Shown piece after piece: positions 1 to 8,127 of a stretch of 37,623 nt of DNA. Each line of letters starts with the position of its first letter. Within the stretch, counting starts at the first letter, position 1. The position numbers were made by a program, and so were the translations under genes. Under the pieces are notes generated by a model that had not been told where the DNA came from, ran no database searches, and worked only from the letters and a program-made list of their open reading frames with translations. The stretch comes from a virus (lineage: Duplodnaviria > Heunggongvirae > Uroviricota > Caudoviricetes). The stretch is from the IMG/VR virus record IMGVR_UViG_2645727529_000001, positions 1 through 37,623 of that record; one strand, 5' to 3'.

Positions 1-1053
1 TTACGGGGTAATGCCAACCGCTGCCGCCACTTTGTCGCCACTTGGCAGCGTTGCCAGAGGATTGAAACGGAGCGCCGTTTCCAGATGATCCGGTGCCAGA
101 TGTGCGTAACGCATAGTCATTTTTATATCGTGGTGTCCGAGAATTTTTTGTAAGGCCAGAATGTTTCCACCCGACATCATGAAGTGCGCCGCAAACGTAT
201 GGCGCAGAACGTGTGTGAGTTGACCGCGAGGGAGCACGATAGACGTTTTTTCCATCACGGATAAAAATTGAAAATAGCAGTCTGTGAAGAAATTGAACCC
301 ATCAAGCGCCATGATCTCTTCGTAAAGCTCTTTACTGATAGGGATGCTTCTGTTTTTCTTCCCCTTCGTTCTTACAAAGGTAATTCGGTATTTGGTCACC
401 TGTGAACGAGTAAGATTTACGGCTTCTCGCCAGCGTGCGCCTGTGCTTAAGCATATCTTAACTACCAGTGCCAGAATTGGGTCCTGACGTTTGCAATCAG
501 CCAGTAATTCAACAATCTGCTCATGGGTAAGCCATGCCATCTCTTTTTCTGCGATGGTGAATTTTCGCATGTTCTCCAGTGGGTTCGGATACGACCATTC
601 GCCCAGGCGGGATAGTTCGCTAAAAACACTACTTAGATAGCTTTGCTCCAGGTTAATGGTGACCGGGCTTGCTCCTTTCTTCCATTTCTCGCTGAAGTAG
701 ATCTCACCTGTCAGGCGTTTATCTCGATAGTGGGCAAACATTTTAGAGGTTAGATCAGTTGCAAGGGGATTGCCCAGAGCGTCAACCATCAGCAGCAATT
801 TGTCATAGACATGCTGCCCAGCAGTCAGTGATTTACCATGTAGTTTGAACCATAGCTCAACCACGTCTTTCAGTGTTCGACGATCCACTGATTCACCTAG
901 CCAGGGCTTTGCTTCGGTTTCTTCCATCGTGTGACGCTCAAAAGCCAGTGCTTCGCCTTTGGTGGCGAATTGTTTACGCACACGACGCCCACTACGTCCG
1001 GCGGGGTAACATTCGCAAAGCCATTTTCCTGTGGTTAGTTTTCGTACAGCCAT
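1..1053 (-). CDS. int: Tyrosine integrase, P2/186 type
   Basis: ORF 1..1131; ATG at 1053 (MAVRKL...) preceded by GGAGGG RBS; stop TAA at 1-3; C-terminal ...HxxR...Y-containing catalytic region typical of phage integrases. Confidence 0.9.
   Translation of the reverse strand: MAVRKLTTGKWLCECYPAGRSGRRVRKQFATKGEALAFERHTMEETEAKPWLGESVDRRTLKDVVELWFKLHGKSLTAGQHVYDKLLLMVDALGNPLATDLTSKMFAHYRDKRLTGEIYFSEKWKKGASPVTINLEQSYLSSVFSELSRLGEWSYPNPLENMRKFTIAEKEMAWLTHEQIVELLADCKRQDPILALVVKICLSTGARWREAVNLTRSQVTKYRITFVRTKGKKNRSIPISKELYEEIMALDGFNFFTDCYFQFLSVMEKTSIVLPRGQLTHVLRHTFAAHFMMSGGNILALQKILGHHDIKMTMRYAHLAPDHLETALRFNPLATLPSGDKVAAAVGITP
19..40. repeat. att core copy (attL side), inside the 3' end of int
   Basis: cgctgccgccactttgtcgcca matches 34769-34790 at 21 of 22 positions. 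Confidence 0.6.
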
Positions 1054-1241
1054 AAAAAATGCCCTCCAATAGAGAGCATTTTTACTGTATGTATAACCAG
1101 TGTCAATGTATGAAATCCTGCGACCATACATCTCACTGAAGCCATAATGAAGTAGGCTATTCTTTTTGCTATGTGATCATGTAACTTTTGCGGTTAACCT
1201 GTGGCTCATTTTTATTTTAGGCGCAGATATAAAAGCAAAAG

Positions 1242-1433
1242 TTATCGTGAGTTTTTAGTACAGATTTTTTTGGATTTACTAATAGTTCCATCATTGCAAA
1301 CGAATTTGCCATCAGAGGTACAGTGAGAAACACCTCCCTTTTTCCCTGAGCAGGGATAATTTCTAGCATAGGTAGCTAGTGGGTTTAATAACAAAGAACA
1401 TGACAAAACCACAAAAAATACCTTACCAAGCAT
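1242..1433 (-). CDS. Small secreted cysteine-rich, lysine-rich protein (63 aa), function unknown; moron candidate in the immunity operon
   Basis: Strong RBS GGGAGG 5 nt upstream of ATG; N-terminal hydrophobic signal-like segment ([23 protein letters not shown]) then about 40 residues with 4 Cys and many Lys; lies between cI and int on the same strand. Confidence 0.55.
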   Translation of the reverse strand: MLGKVFFVVLSCSLLLNPLATYARNYPCSGKKGGVSHCTSDGKFVCNDGTISKSKKICTKNSR

Positions 1434-1448
1434 AATTTCCTCCCGGTA

Positions 1449-2018
1449 CTATTTAACATACTTGACTGTTAAACTTATAATTTTACCAATTATTTCAATG
1501 TCTTCTATCTTACATTCAAAGGCTCTGTTTCCACCCTCGACGAAGATTCTTCCACCGGGTAAACGAGTAATGTCACGGATCGTTATTTCGCCATCAATAC
1601 TTATTACCCATTTACCATCACGTATATCATCAAATTCCTTATCACAAATAAATTCAGAATTATTATCTGTGATTACAAAAAGATTCTTGAATGCCGACGG
1701 TAGAAATTCTCTATCGAAAATATAAAAACCGTCTTCACACAAGGCCCCATCAGATAATACATATTTAGCAACTTCCATAGTATTTGTATTACCTGAAGTT
1801 TGCTTTGAACCATGCCCGGTTGTGAGCCAATTAAGCGAGGTGCCTGTTTCAAGGGCGCACTGGATTACCCATTCTGCTGGGAATGAGTCACGCATGTAGC
1901 GTGTGGCGAGTGTACTTTTAGAGATTCCTAAATGATCGCACAACGCCTGTCGAGTCTTGAATCCATAAGCTTCTACCATGCGCTCTATGGCGCCTCGTCC
2001 GCCTTTCTCCAAATTCAT
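1449..2018 (-). CDS. cI: CI-type immunity repressor (186-like)
   Basis: ORF 1449..2024 (GTG at 2024); ATG at 2018 with GGAG RBS; N-terminal HTH-like segment (RQALCDHLGISKSTLATRY); position divergent from the early lytic operon. Confidence 0.8.
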   Translation of the reverse strand: MNLEKGGRGAIERMVEAYGFKTRQALCDHLGISKSTLATRYMRDSFPAEWVIQCALETGTSLNWLTTGHGSKQTSGNTNTMEVAKYVLSDGALCEDGFYIFDREFLPSAFKNLFVITDNNSEFICDKEFDDIRDGKWVISIDGEITIRDITRLPGGRIFVEGGNRAFECKIEDIEIIGKIISLTVKYVK

Positions 2019-2042
2019 GGTCACTCCAAGTGAACTTTTATC

Positions 2043-2071
2043 TTGACGATTTCACCGTGCGATCGTATGTT
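2043..2071 (+). promoter_or_regulatory. Candidate early lytic promoter (pR-like)
   Basis: TTGACG, 17-nt spacer, TATGTT, about 70 nt upstream of the apl-like ATG. Confidence 0.4.
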
Positions 2072-2143
2072 TATGGTGTTCACAAAATACAAACGATCCG
2101 TATTCGTCCTGATTAATCATCATTAAACGAGGAATGTTGCATC

Positions 2144-2347
2144 ATGAGACCTAACATTTCAATCACTCTTACCACGCCTCATGTGACTATTGAACGCTAT
2201 AGCGAGCTGACAGGGCTATCCATCGATACCATCAATGACATGTTGGCTGATGGACGCCTTATCCGTCACCGTCTGCGCAAAGATAAAAAACGCGAAAAAG
2301 TGATGATCAACATAGCAGCAATGACCGTTGATGCGCTTTCAGAATGA
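2144..2347 (+). CDS. apl: Apl/Cox-like small HTH regulator/excisionase, first gene of the early lytic operon
   Basis: 67-aa ORF with HTH-like YSELTGLSIDTINDMLADGRL; synteny opposite cI; length is shorter than the Apl/Cox sizes I recall, so identity is by position and fold only. Confidence 0.55.
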   Translation: MRPNISITLTTPHVTIERYSELTGLSIDTINDMLADGRLIRHRLRKDKKREKVMINIAAMTVDALSE

Positions 2348-2397
2348 AATCTAAACCTTAATTAGTTCGATTCTGAAATACATCAGAGGCATTGACC

Positions 2398-2907
2398 ATG
2401 TTTGATTACCAAGTTTCCAAACATCCACATTTTGATGAAGCCTGTCGTGCATTTGCACTGCGCCACAATCTGGTGCAACTGGCAGAACGTGCAGGCATGA
2501 ATGTGCAGATTCTGCGGAACAAGCTGAACCCAGCTCAGCCTCATTTATTAACCGCACCAGAAATCTGGCTGCTTACCGATCTGACTGAAGATTCAACGCT
2601 GGTAGATGGTTTTCTGGCACAGATTCATTGTCTGCCATGTGTACCGATTAATGAGGTGGCAAAAGAGAAACTGCCACATTACGTCATGAGTGCAACCGCA
2701 GAGATCGGGCGTGTTGCTGCAGGTGCGGTGTCTGGCGATGTAAAAACCTGTGCCGGTCGTCGTGATGCTATCAGCAGCATTAACTCTGTAACACGACTGA
2801 TGGCGCTGGCGGCTGTTTCATTGCAGGCCCGTTTACAGGCTAATCCTGCGATGGCGAGTGCAGTTGATACCGTGACTGGCCTCGGTGCTTCATTTGGTTT
2901 GCTGTGA
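2398..2907 (+). CDS. cII: CII-family phage regulatory protein (186 CII-like)
   Basis: 169 aa from ATG 2398 (RBS AGAGG); synteny after apl; length matches 186 CII as I recall it. Confidence 0.75.
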   Translation: MFDYQVSKHPHFDEACRAFALRHNLVQLAERAGMNVQILRNKLNPAQPHLLTAPEIWLLTDLTEDSTLVDGFLAQIHCLPCVPINEVAKEKLPHYVMSATAEIGRVAAGAVSGDVKTCAGRRDAISSINSVTRLMALAAVSLQARLQANPAMASAVDTVTGLGASFGLL

Positions 2908-2914
2908 GGTGCTT

Positions 2915-3115
2915 ATGCTGACGAAAGAACCATCATTTGCATCGCTGCTGGTTAAACAAAGCCCGGCAATGCATTACGGCCACGGCTGGATCATGGGGGA
3001 GGATGGTAAACGCTGGCATCCGTGCCGTTCACAAGATGAATTGCTGGCAGAACTATCTACGAAAAAACGGGGGAACAAATGGCTATTGAAGGCACTGCGG
3101 CGACTGTTCCATTAA
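2915..3115 (+). CDS. Hypothetical early-operon protein (66 aa)
   Basis: ATG 2915 after GAGG RBS; sits where the 186 fil/dhr-type small genes lie. Confidence 0.45.
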   Translation: MLTKEPSFASLLVKQSPAMHYGHGWIMGEDGKRWHPCRSQDELLAELSTKKRGNKWLLKALRRLFH

Positions 3116-3420
3116 GCCCCGGTGAACGCCTGAATGGACTTAATCACATTGCGGAGTTAAGGGCGAAAATTTTTGGCCTGAATATTGAGTCAGAGCTTGA
3201 GCGGTTTATTAAAGATATGCGTGATTCACGGGATATTAATAGCGAACAAAATAAACGGGCACTGGCTGCCATATTCTTTATGGCAAAAATTCCAGCTGAA
3301 CGTCATAGCATCAGCATTAATGAGCTGACCACTGACGAAAAGCGGGAGTTGATTAAAGCAATGAATCATTTTCGTGCAGTGGTGAGCTTATTTCCCAGAC
3401 GGCTAACCATGCCGAATTAA
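3079..3420 (+). CDS. Hypothetical early-operon protein (113 aa)
   Basis: ORF with GGGGGA RBS; overlaps the previous gene out of frame; early-operon synteny. Confidence 0.5.
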   Translation: MAIEGTAATVPLSPGERLNGLNHIAELRAKIFGLNIESELERFIKDMRDSRDINSEQNKRALAAIFFMAKIPAERHSISINELTTDEKRELIKAMNHFRAVVSLFPRRLTMPN

Positions 3421-3487
3421 CCAACTAATGAAATTAATGGCGTAAACCCGCCGGGCATCCCTTTATCTAAATTCAGGAGAATTGATT

Positions 3488-3721
3488 ATGCGTAATATTG
3501 AAACCCTCTCGACCAAAACCGGACCGGATGACGCAGGGCTTAATATTTTACTGACAGAGGCTCGTCTGGAAGAACGCCGGGCAAGGGCTGAAGCAATGGC
3601 AGCTCGCCTTGATAGCCTGGCGTGTCATATCACATCCCGCCAGCTAACCCACGTCGAAGCGGCAGAACTGCTTCGTGTGACTGCTGAAGCAATCCAGAAC
3701 GAAGCGCAGGAGATCCACTAA
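3488..3721 (+). CDS. Hypothetical early-operon protein (77 aa)
   Basis: ATG 3488 with CAGGAG RBS; stop overlaps the next start. Confidence 0.5.
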   Translation: MRNIETLSTKTGPDDAGLNILLTEARLEERRARAEAMAARLDSLACHITSRQLTHVEAAELLRVTAEAIQNEAQEIH

Positions 3722-3948
3722 TGGCTGATGCAATGGATCTCGTACAGCAGCGCGTTGAAGAAGAACGCCAACGCCATATCCGTGCTGCCCGTGCCAAAAC
3801 GCCGGGCGTGTCCCGCGTGCTTTGCATTGATTGTGAAGCGCCAATTCCGCCAGCACGCCGCCGTGCCATTCCGGGTGTGCAGCTTTGCATTACCTGCCAG
3901 GAAATCGCAGAGCTGAAAGGCAAACATTACAACGGAGGTGCTGTATGA
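3721..3948 (+). CDS. TraR/DksA-family C4 zinc-finger protein
   Basis: CxxC...CxxC (CIDCEAPI...CITCQ) in a 75-aa protein; AGGAG RBS; start overlaps the previous stop. Confidence 0.75.
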   Translation: MADAMDLVQQRVEEERQRHIRAARAKTPGVSRVLCIDCEAPIPPARRRAIPGVQLCITCQEIAELKGKHYNGGAV

Positions 3949-4802
3949 GCACCATCCTGAAATGGGCGGGAAATAAAACTGCCATAATGTCCGAACTGAA
4001 AAAACATCTTCCTGCTGGCCCGCGACTGGTTGAACCTTTCGCGGGTTCCTGTGCTGTGATGATGGAGACGGATTATCCCAGCTATCTGGTTGCGGATATT
4101 AATCCTGATTTAATCAACCTCTATAAAAAGGTTGCCGCTGATTGTGAATCGTTTATATCTCGCGCCAGAGTTTTATTTGAGATCGCAAACAGGGAGGTGG
4201 CTTATTACAACATAAGGCAGGAGTTTAATTACTCAACTGAAATTACTGATTTCATGAAAGCGGTATATTTCCTGTATCTCAATCGTCACGGTTACCGTGG
4301 TTTATGTCGCTATAACAAGAGCGGGCATTTCAACATTCCCTACGGTAATTATAAAAATCCGTATTTCCCTGAAAAAGAAATTCGCGCATTTGCAGAAAAG
4401 GCCCAGCGAGCAACGTTTATCTGCGCCAGCTTTGATGAAACGCTGGCGATGTTGAAGGCGGGGGATGTGGTGTATTGCGATCCGCCGTATGACGGTACGT
4501 TTTCCGGCTATCACACTGACGGCTTCACTGAAGATGACCAGTATCACCTGGCATCTGTTCTTGAACATCGGTCATCAGAAGGACATCCGGTCATTGTTTC
4601 TAACAGTGACACATCCCTGATCCGTTCGCTGTATCGCAATTTTACTCACCACTACATCAAGGCAAAACGCAGCATCGGTGTGGCAGCTGGCGAGGGTAAA
4701 TCAGCAACAGAAATCATCGCTGTTTCCGGGCCGCGCTGCTGGGTAGGATTTGATCCTTCGCGTGGCGTGGATTGTTCCGTCGTGTACGGAGTGCGTGCAT
4801 GA
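3945..4802 (+). CDS. dam: DNA adenine methyltransferase (Dam family)
   Basis: N-terminal LKWAGNK AdoMet motif and DPPY motif ([10 protein letters not shown]); ATG 3945 overlaps the TraR-like stop. Confidence 0.85.
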   Translation: MSTILKWAGNKTAIMSELKKHLPAGPRLVEPFAGSCAVMMETDYPSYLVADINPDLINLYKKVAADCESFISRARVLFEIANREVAYYNIRQEFNYSTEITDFMKAVYFLYLNRHGYRGLCRYNKSGHFNIPYGNYKNPYFPEKEIRAFAEKAQRATFICASFDETLAMLKAGDVVYCDPPYDGTFSGYHTDGFTEDDQYHLASVLEHRSSEGHPVIVSNSDTSLIRSLYRNFTHHYIKAKRSIGVAAGEGKSATEIIAVSGPRCWVGFDPSRGVDCSVVYGVRA

Positions 4803-7213
4803 GCTATGCTGATATGAACAACTGCAGCGGCTTTAACGAGGTCGCCGCAGCATTCTCATGGAACAGCCCGAAAAAGGCCATTAACCCTTATCTGGACCCG
4901 GCGGAAGTTGCGCCGGTTTCTGCGCTTTCAAACCTGATCACTCTATACGCTGCCGATAACGAGCAGGAACAACTGCGCCGCGAGGCACTGAGTGATCAGG
5001 TCTGGGAGCGTTATTTCTTTAATGAATCCCGTGATCCTGTCCAACGCGAAATGGAGCAGGATAAGCTAATTAGCCGGGCAAAGCTGGCGCATGAGCAGCA
5101 GCGTTTTAATCCAGACATGGTCATTCTGGCGGACGTTAACGCCCAGCCTTCCCATATCAGCAAGCCGCTGATGCAACGTATTGAATACTTCAGCAGCCTG
5201 GGCAGGCCAAAGGCTTATTCCCGCTATTTGCGTGAGACGATTAAGCCATGTCTGGAACGACTGGAGCATGTACGCGACAGTCAGCTATCCACTTCTTTTC
5301 GCTTTATGGCAAGCCATGAAGGGCTGGACGGCCTGCTGATCCTGCCTGAAATGAGTCAGGATCAGGTGAAGCGCCTGTCTACCCTTGTTGCCGCGCATAT
5401 GAGCATGTGCCTTGATGCAGCTTGTGGTGATTTGTATGCCACCGATGACGTTAAGCCAGAAGAAATCCGCAAGACATGGGAAAGGGTGGCGGCGGAAACC
5501 CTGCGTCTGGATGTCATCCCTCCTGCGTTTGAGCAACTCCGCCGGAAAAGAAACCGCCGTAAACCCGTACCCTATGAACTCATTCCGGGTTCGCTGGCGC
5601 GTATGTTGTGCGCCGACTGGTGGTATCGGAAATTATGGAAGATGCGTTGCGAATGGCGGGAAGAGCAGTTGCGTGCTGTTTGCTTGGTCAGCAAAAAAGC
5701 ATCTCCCTATGTCAGCTATGAAGCCGTGATGCATAAACGTGAGCAGCGCCGTAAGTCGCTGGAGTTTTTCCGTTCTCATGAACTGGTGAACGAAGACGGC
5801 GACACGCTGGATATGGAGGACGTGGTAAACGCCAGTAGTAGCAACCCGGCGCATCGCCGCAATGAGATGATGGCATGTGTTAAAGGTCTGGAGCTTATCG
5901 CGGAAATGCGCGGTGACTGCGCCGTTTTCTACACCATCACCTGTCCGTCACGTTTCCATTCCACGCTAAATAACGGCAGGCCCAACCCGACTTGGACAAA
6001 TGCGACGGTAAGACAAAGCAGTGATTATCTGGTCGGCATGTTTGCTGCATTTCGTAAGGCGATGTACAAAGCCGGATTGCGCTGGTATGGCGTGCGGGTG
6101 GCTGAGCCGCATCATGACGGTACAGTTCACTGGCACCTGTTGTGTTTTATGCGCAAAAAAGACCGCCGCGCCATCACTGCATTACTGCGTAAGTTTGCCA
6201 TCCGTGAAGACCGCGAGGAGCTGGGCAATAACACGGGGCCGCGCTTTAAGTCTGAGTTGATTAACCCGCGCAAAGGAACGCCGACAAGCTACATCGCGAA
6301 ATATATCAGTAAGAACATTGACGGGCGTGGTCTGGCTGGCGAGATCAGCAAGGAAACGGGTAAATCCCTGCGTGATAACGCTGAATACGTGAATGCCTGG
6401 GCGTCTCTGCATCGTGTTCAGCAATTCCGCTTCTTTGGCATTCCGGGGCGTCAGGCTTACCGTGAACTGCGATTGCTGGCTGGTCAGGCGGCAAGGCAAC
6501 AGGGTGACAAAAAAGCAGGTGCGCCGGTACTGGATAACCCGCGCCTTGATGCAATCCTGGCTGCTGCTGATGCTGGTTGTTTTGCCACCTACATCATGAA
6601 GCAGGGCGGCGTACTGGTTCCCCGTAAATATCACCTCATCAGAACTGCTTATGAAATCAACGAAGAGCCGACCGCCTATGGCGATCACGGCATTCGTATT
6701 TATGGCATCTGGTCACCTATTGCAGAGGGCAAGATCTGCACTCATGCCGTGAAGTGGAAAATGGTTCGTAAGGCCGTTGACGTTCAGGAGGCGGCAGCCG
6801 ACCAGGGCGCTTGCGCCCCTTGGACTCGTGGCAATAACTGTCCCCTTGCTGAAAATTTGAACCAACAGGAGAAAGATAAATCAGCTGATGGGGACCCCAG
6901 AACGGACATTACCAGCATGGATGACAAGGAGTTGCACGATTACCTGCACAGTATGAGCAAAAAAGAGCGCCGGGAACTGGCAGCAAGGTTACGCCTGGTG
7001 AAACCGAAACGGCGTAAAGACTACAAACAGCGAATTACAGACCATCAGCGACTGCAGCTCGTGTATGAGCTGAAGTCCAGAGGATTTGATGGCAGCGAGA
7101 AAGAGGTTGATTTACTCCTTCGCGGAGGCAGTATTCCGTCAGGAGCAGGCCTGCGTATCTTCTATCGGAACCAGCGTTTGCAGGAAGATGATCAGTGGCG
7201 GAACCTGTATTAA
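4799..7213 (+). CDS. A: Replication initiation endonuclease gpA (rolling-circle HUH type)
   Basis: HUH-like HWH ([10 protein letters not shown]) and Tyr motif YIAKYISK; about 800 aa; ATG 4799 overlaps the dam stop. Confidence 0.9.
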   Translation: MSYADMNNCSGFNEVAAAFSWNSPKKAINPYLDPAEVAPVSALSNLITLYAADNEQEQLRREALSDQVWERYFFNESRDPVQREMEQDKLISRAKLAHEQQRFNPDMVILADVNAQPSHISKPLMQRIEYFSSLGRPKAYSRYLRETIKPCLERLEHVRDSQLSTSFRFMASHEGLDGLLILPEMSQDQVKRLSTLVAAHMSMCLDAACGDLYATDDVKPEEIRKTWERVAAETLRLDVIPPAFEQLRRKRNRRKPVPYELIPGSLARMLCADWWYRKLWKMRCEWREEQLRAVCLVSKKASPYVSYEAVMHKREQRRKSLEFFRSHELVNEDGDTLDMEDVVNASSSNPAHRRNEMMACVKGLELIAEMRGDCAVFYTITCPSRFHSTLNNGRPNPTWTNATVRQSSDYLVGMFAAFRKAMYKAGLRWYGVRVAEPHHDGTVHWHLLCFMRKKDRRAITALLRKFAIREDREELGNNTGPRFKSELINPRKGTPTSYIAKYISKNIDGRGLAGEISKETGKSLRDNAEYVNAWASLHRVQQFRFFGIPGRQAYRELRLLAGQAARQQGDKKAGAPVLDNPRLDAILAAADAGCFATYIMKQGGVLVPRKYHLIRTAYEINEEPTAYGDHGIRIYGIWSPIAEGKICTHAVKWKMVRKAVDVQEAAADQGACAPWTRGNNCPLAENLNQQEKDKSADGDPRTDITSMDDKELHDYLHSMSKKERRELAARLRLVKPKRRKDYKQRITDHQRLQLVYELKSRGFDGSEKEVDLLLRGGSIPSGAGLRIFYRNQRLQEDDQWRNLY

Positions 7214-7305
7214 TTACGCGGGTTAACAATTCGTGCTCTTAATAATACCAGGCATATCAGGCTGATGAACGTAAAAAAACGTTTTACATCAGTAAGATTA
7301 TTATA

Positions 7306-7325
7306 TACTGTAAATATAAACAGTG
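7306..7325. promoter_or_regulatory. LexA (SOS) box
   Basis: TACTGTAAATATAAACAGTG: CTGT-N8-ACAG, matching the LexA consensus at every position that defines it; about 40 nt upstream of the tum-like ORF. Confidence 0.7.
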
Positions 7326-7366
7326 GTTATGCATACAGTATTGCGTGTGGTGTCATAGGAGGAAAG

Positions 7367-7555
7367 ATGCAGGACTATTTTTTGGAGTCTTTGAAGCTCC
7401 AGCGCATTGATTTTTTTCTTAAGCTTGTAGCGGCTAGTGAGTGTAGTGATGAAGAGAAGGGGCTGGCTTTGCAGTGGGTTTCTGAACTAACAGATGAACT
7501 CATGGCAAAAATCAGAACCCACGAATACAACCGCTCAATGGATGTCATCAGTTGA
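7367..7555 (+). CDS. Small SOS-controlled protein (62 aa), possible Tum-like antirepressor N-terminal module
   Basis: AGGAGG RBS 4-9 nt upstream of ATG 7367; directly downstream of the LexA box; occupies the 186 tum position. Confidence 0.45.
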   Translation: MQDYFLESLKLQRIDFFLKLVAASECSDEEKGLALQWVSELTDELMAKIRTHEYNRSMDVIS

Positions 7556-7565
7556 GGTGACTTTT

Positions 7566-7799
7566 ATGCGCATTGAAATAATGATCGATAAAGAGCAGAA
7601 GATTAGCCAGTCTATCCTGGACGCCCTTGAATCCGAGCTTTACCGCAATCTGCGCCCCCTGTATCCCAAAACGGTAATCCGTATCCGTAAAGGTAGCTCT
7701 AACGGTGTGGAACTTACCGGACTGCAACTGGACGAAGAAAGAAAACAAGTGATGAAAATTATGCAGAAAGTGTGGGAAGACGACAGCTGGCTGCATTAA
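7566..7799 (+). CDS. DinI-family protein
   Basis: 77 aa, MRIEIMIDK...ILQ..WEDDSWL resembles E. coli DinI in length and conserved C-terminus; GAGG RBS. Confidence 0.75.
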   Translation: MRIEIMIDKEQKISQSILDALESELYRNLRPLYPKTVIRIRKGSSNGVELTGLQLDEERKQVMKIMQKVWEDDSWLH

Positions 7800-7807
7800 G
7801 AAACGTT

Positions 7808-7837
7808 GCCCCCAAGAAGATTCATTCGAATGGGGGC
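7808..7837 (+). terminator. Hairpin after the dinI-like gene (7-bp G/C stem), weak terminator candidate
   Basis: gccccca...tgggggc inverted repeat; no strong U-tract. Confidence 0.3.
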
Positions 7838-8127
7838 TAGTTTGGGCAATGAGTGAAATAAGGCGTAAGGCGTAAGGTGGGGGGGCATTTTGATAAATGA
7901 TCGTCCGCTTTGTGCCAGAAGCGAACGTTTCTTCTGCTATCTTTCGTCAATTAACGAATGGCAGACTAATTTGCAACGGATAATCTGAATTTTGTAAGAT
8001 TATGGGTATTCCTATAATATTTACCAATAATAACCTTACAATGTACACTACCTATTGAATTTTCCATAGTTGGCCTTTGGCTCTACTTACCATCTATGTT
8101 TATGTATTTTATCAAAATGGACTAAAA

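Noticed and set aside
4302-4568. 88-aa minus-strand ORF inside dam; 5066-5854 minus-strand ORFs inside gene A
   Set aside because: Antisense to genes with clear catalytic motifs; no independent support.
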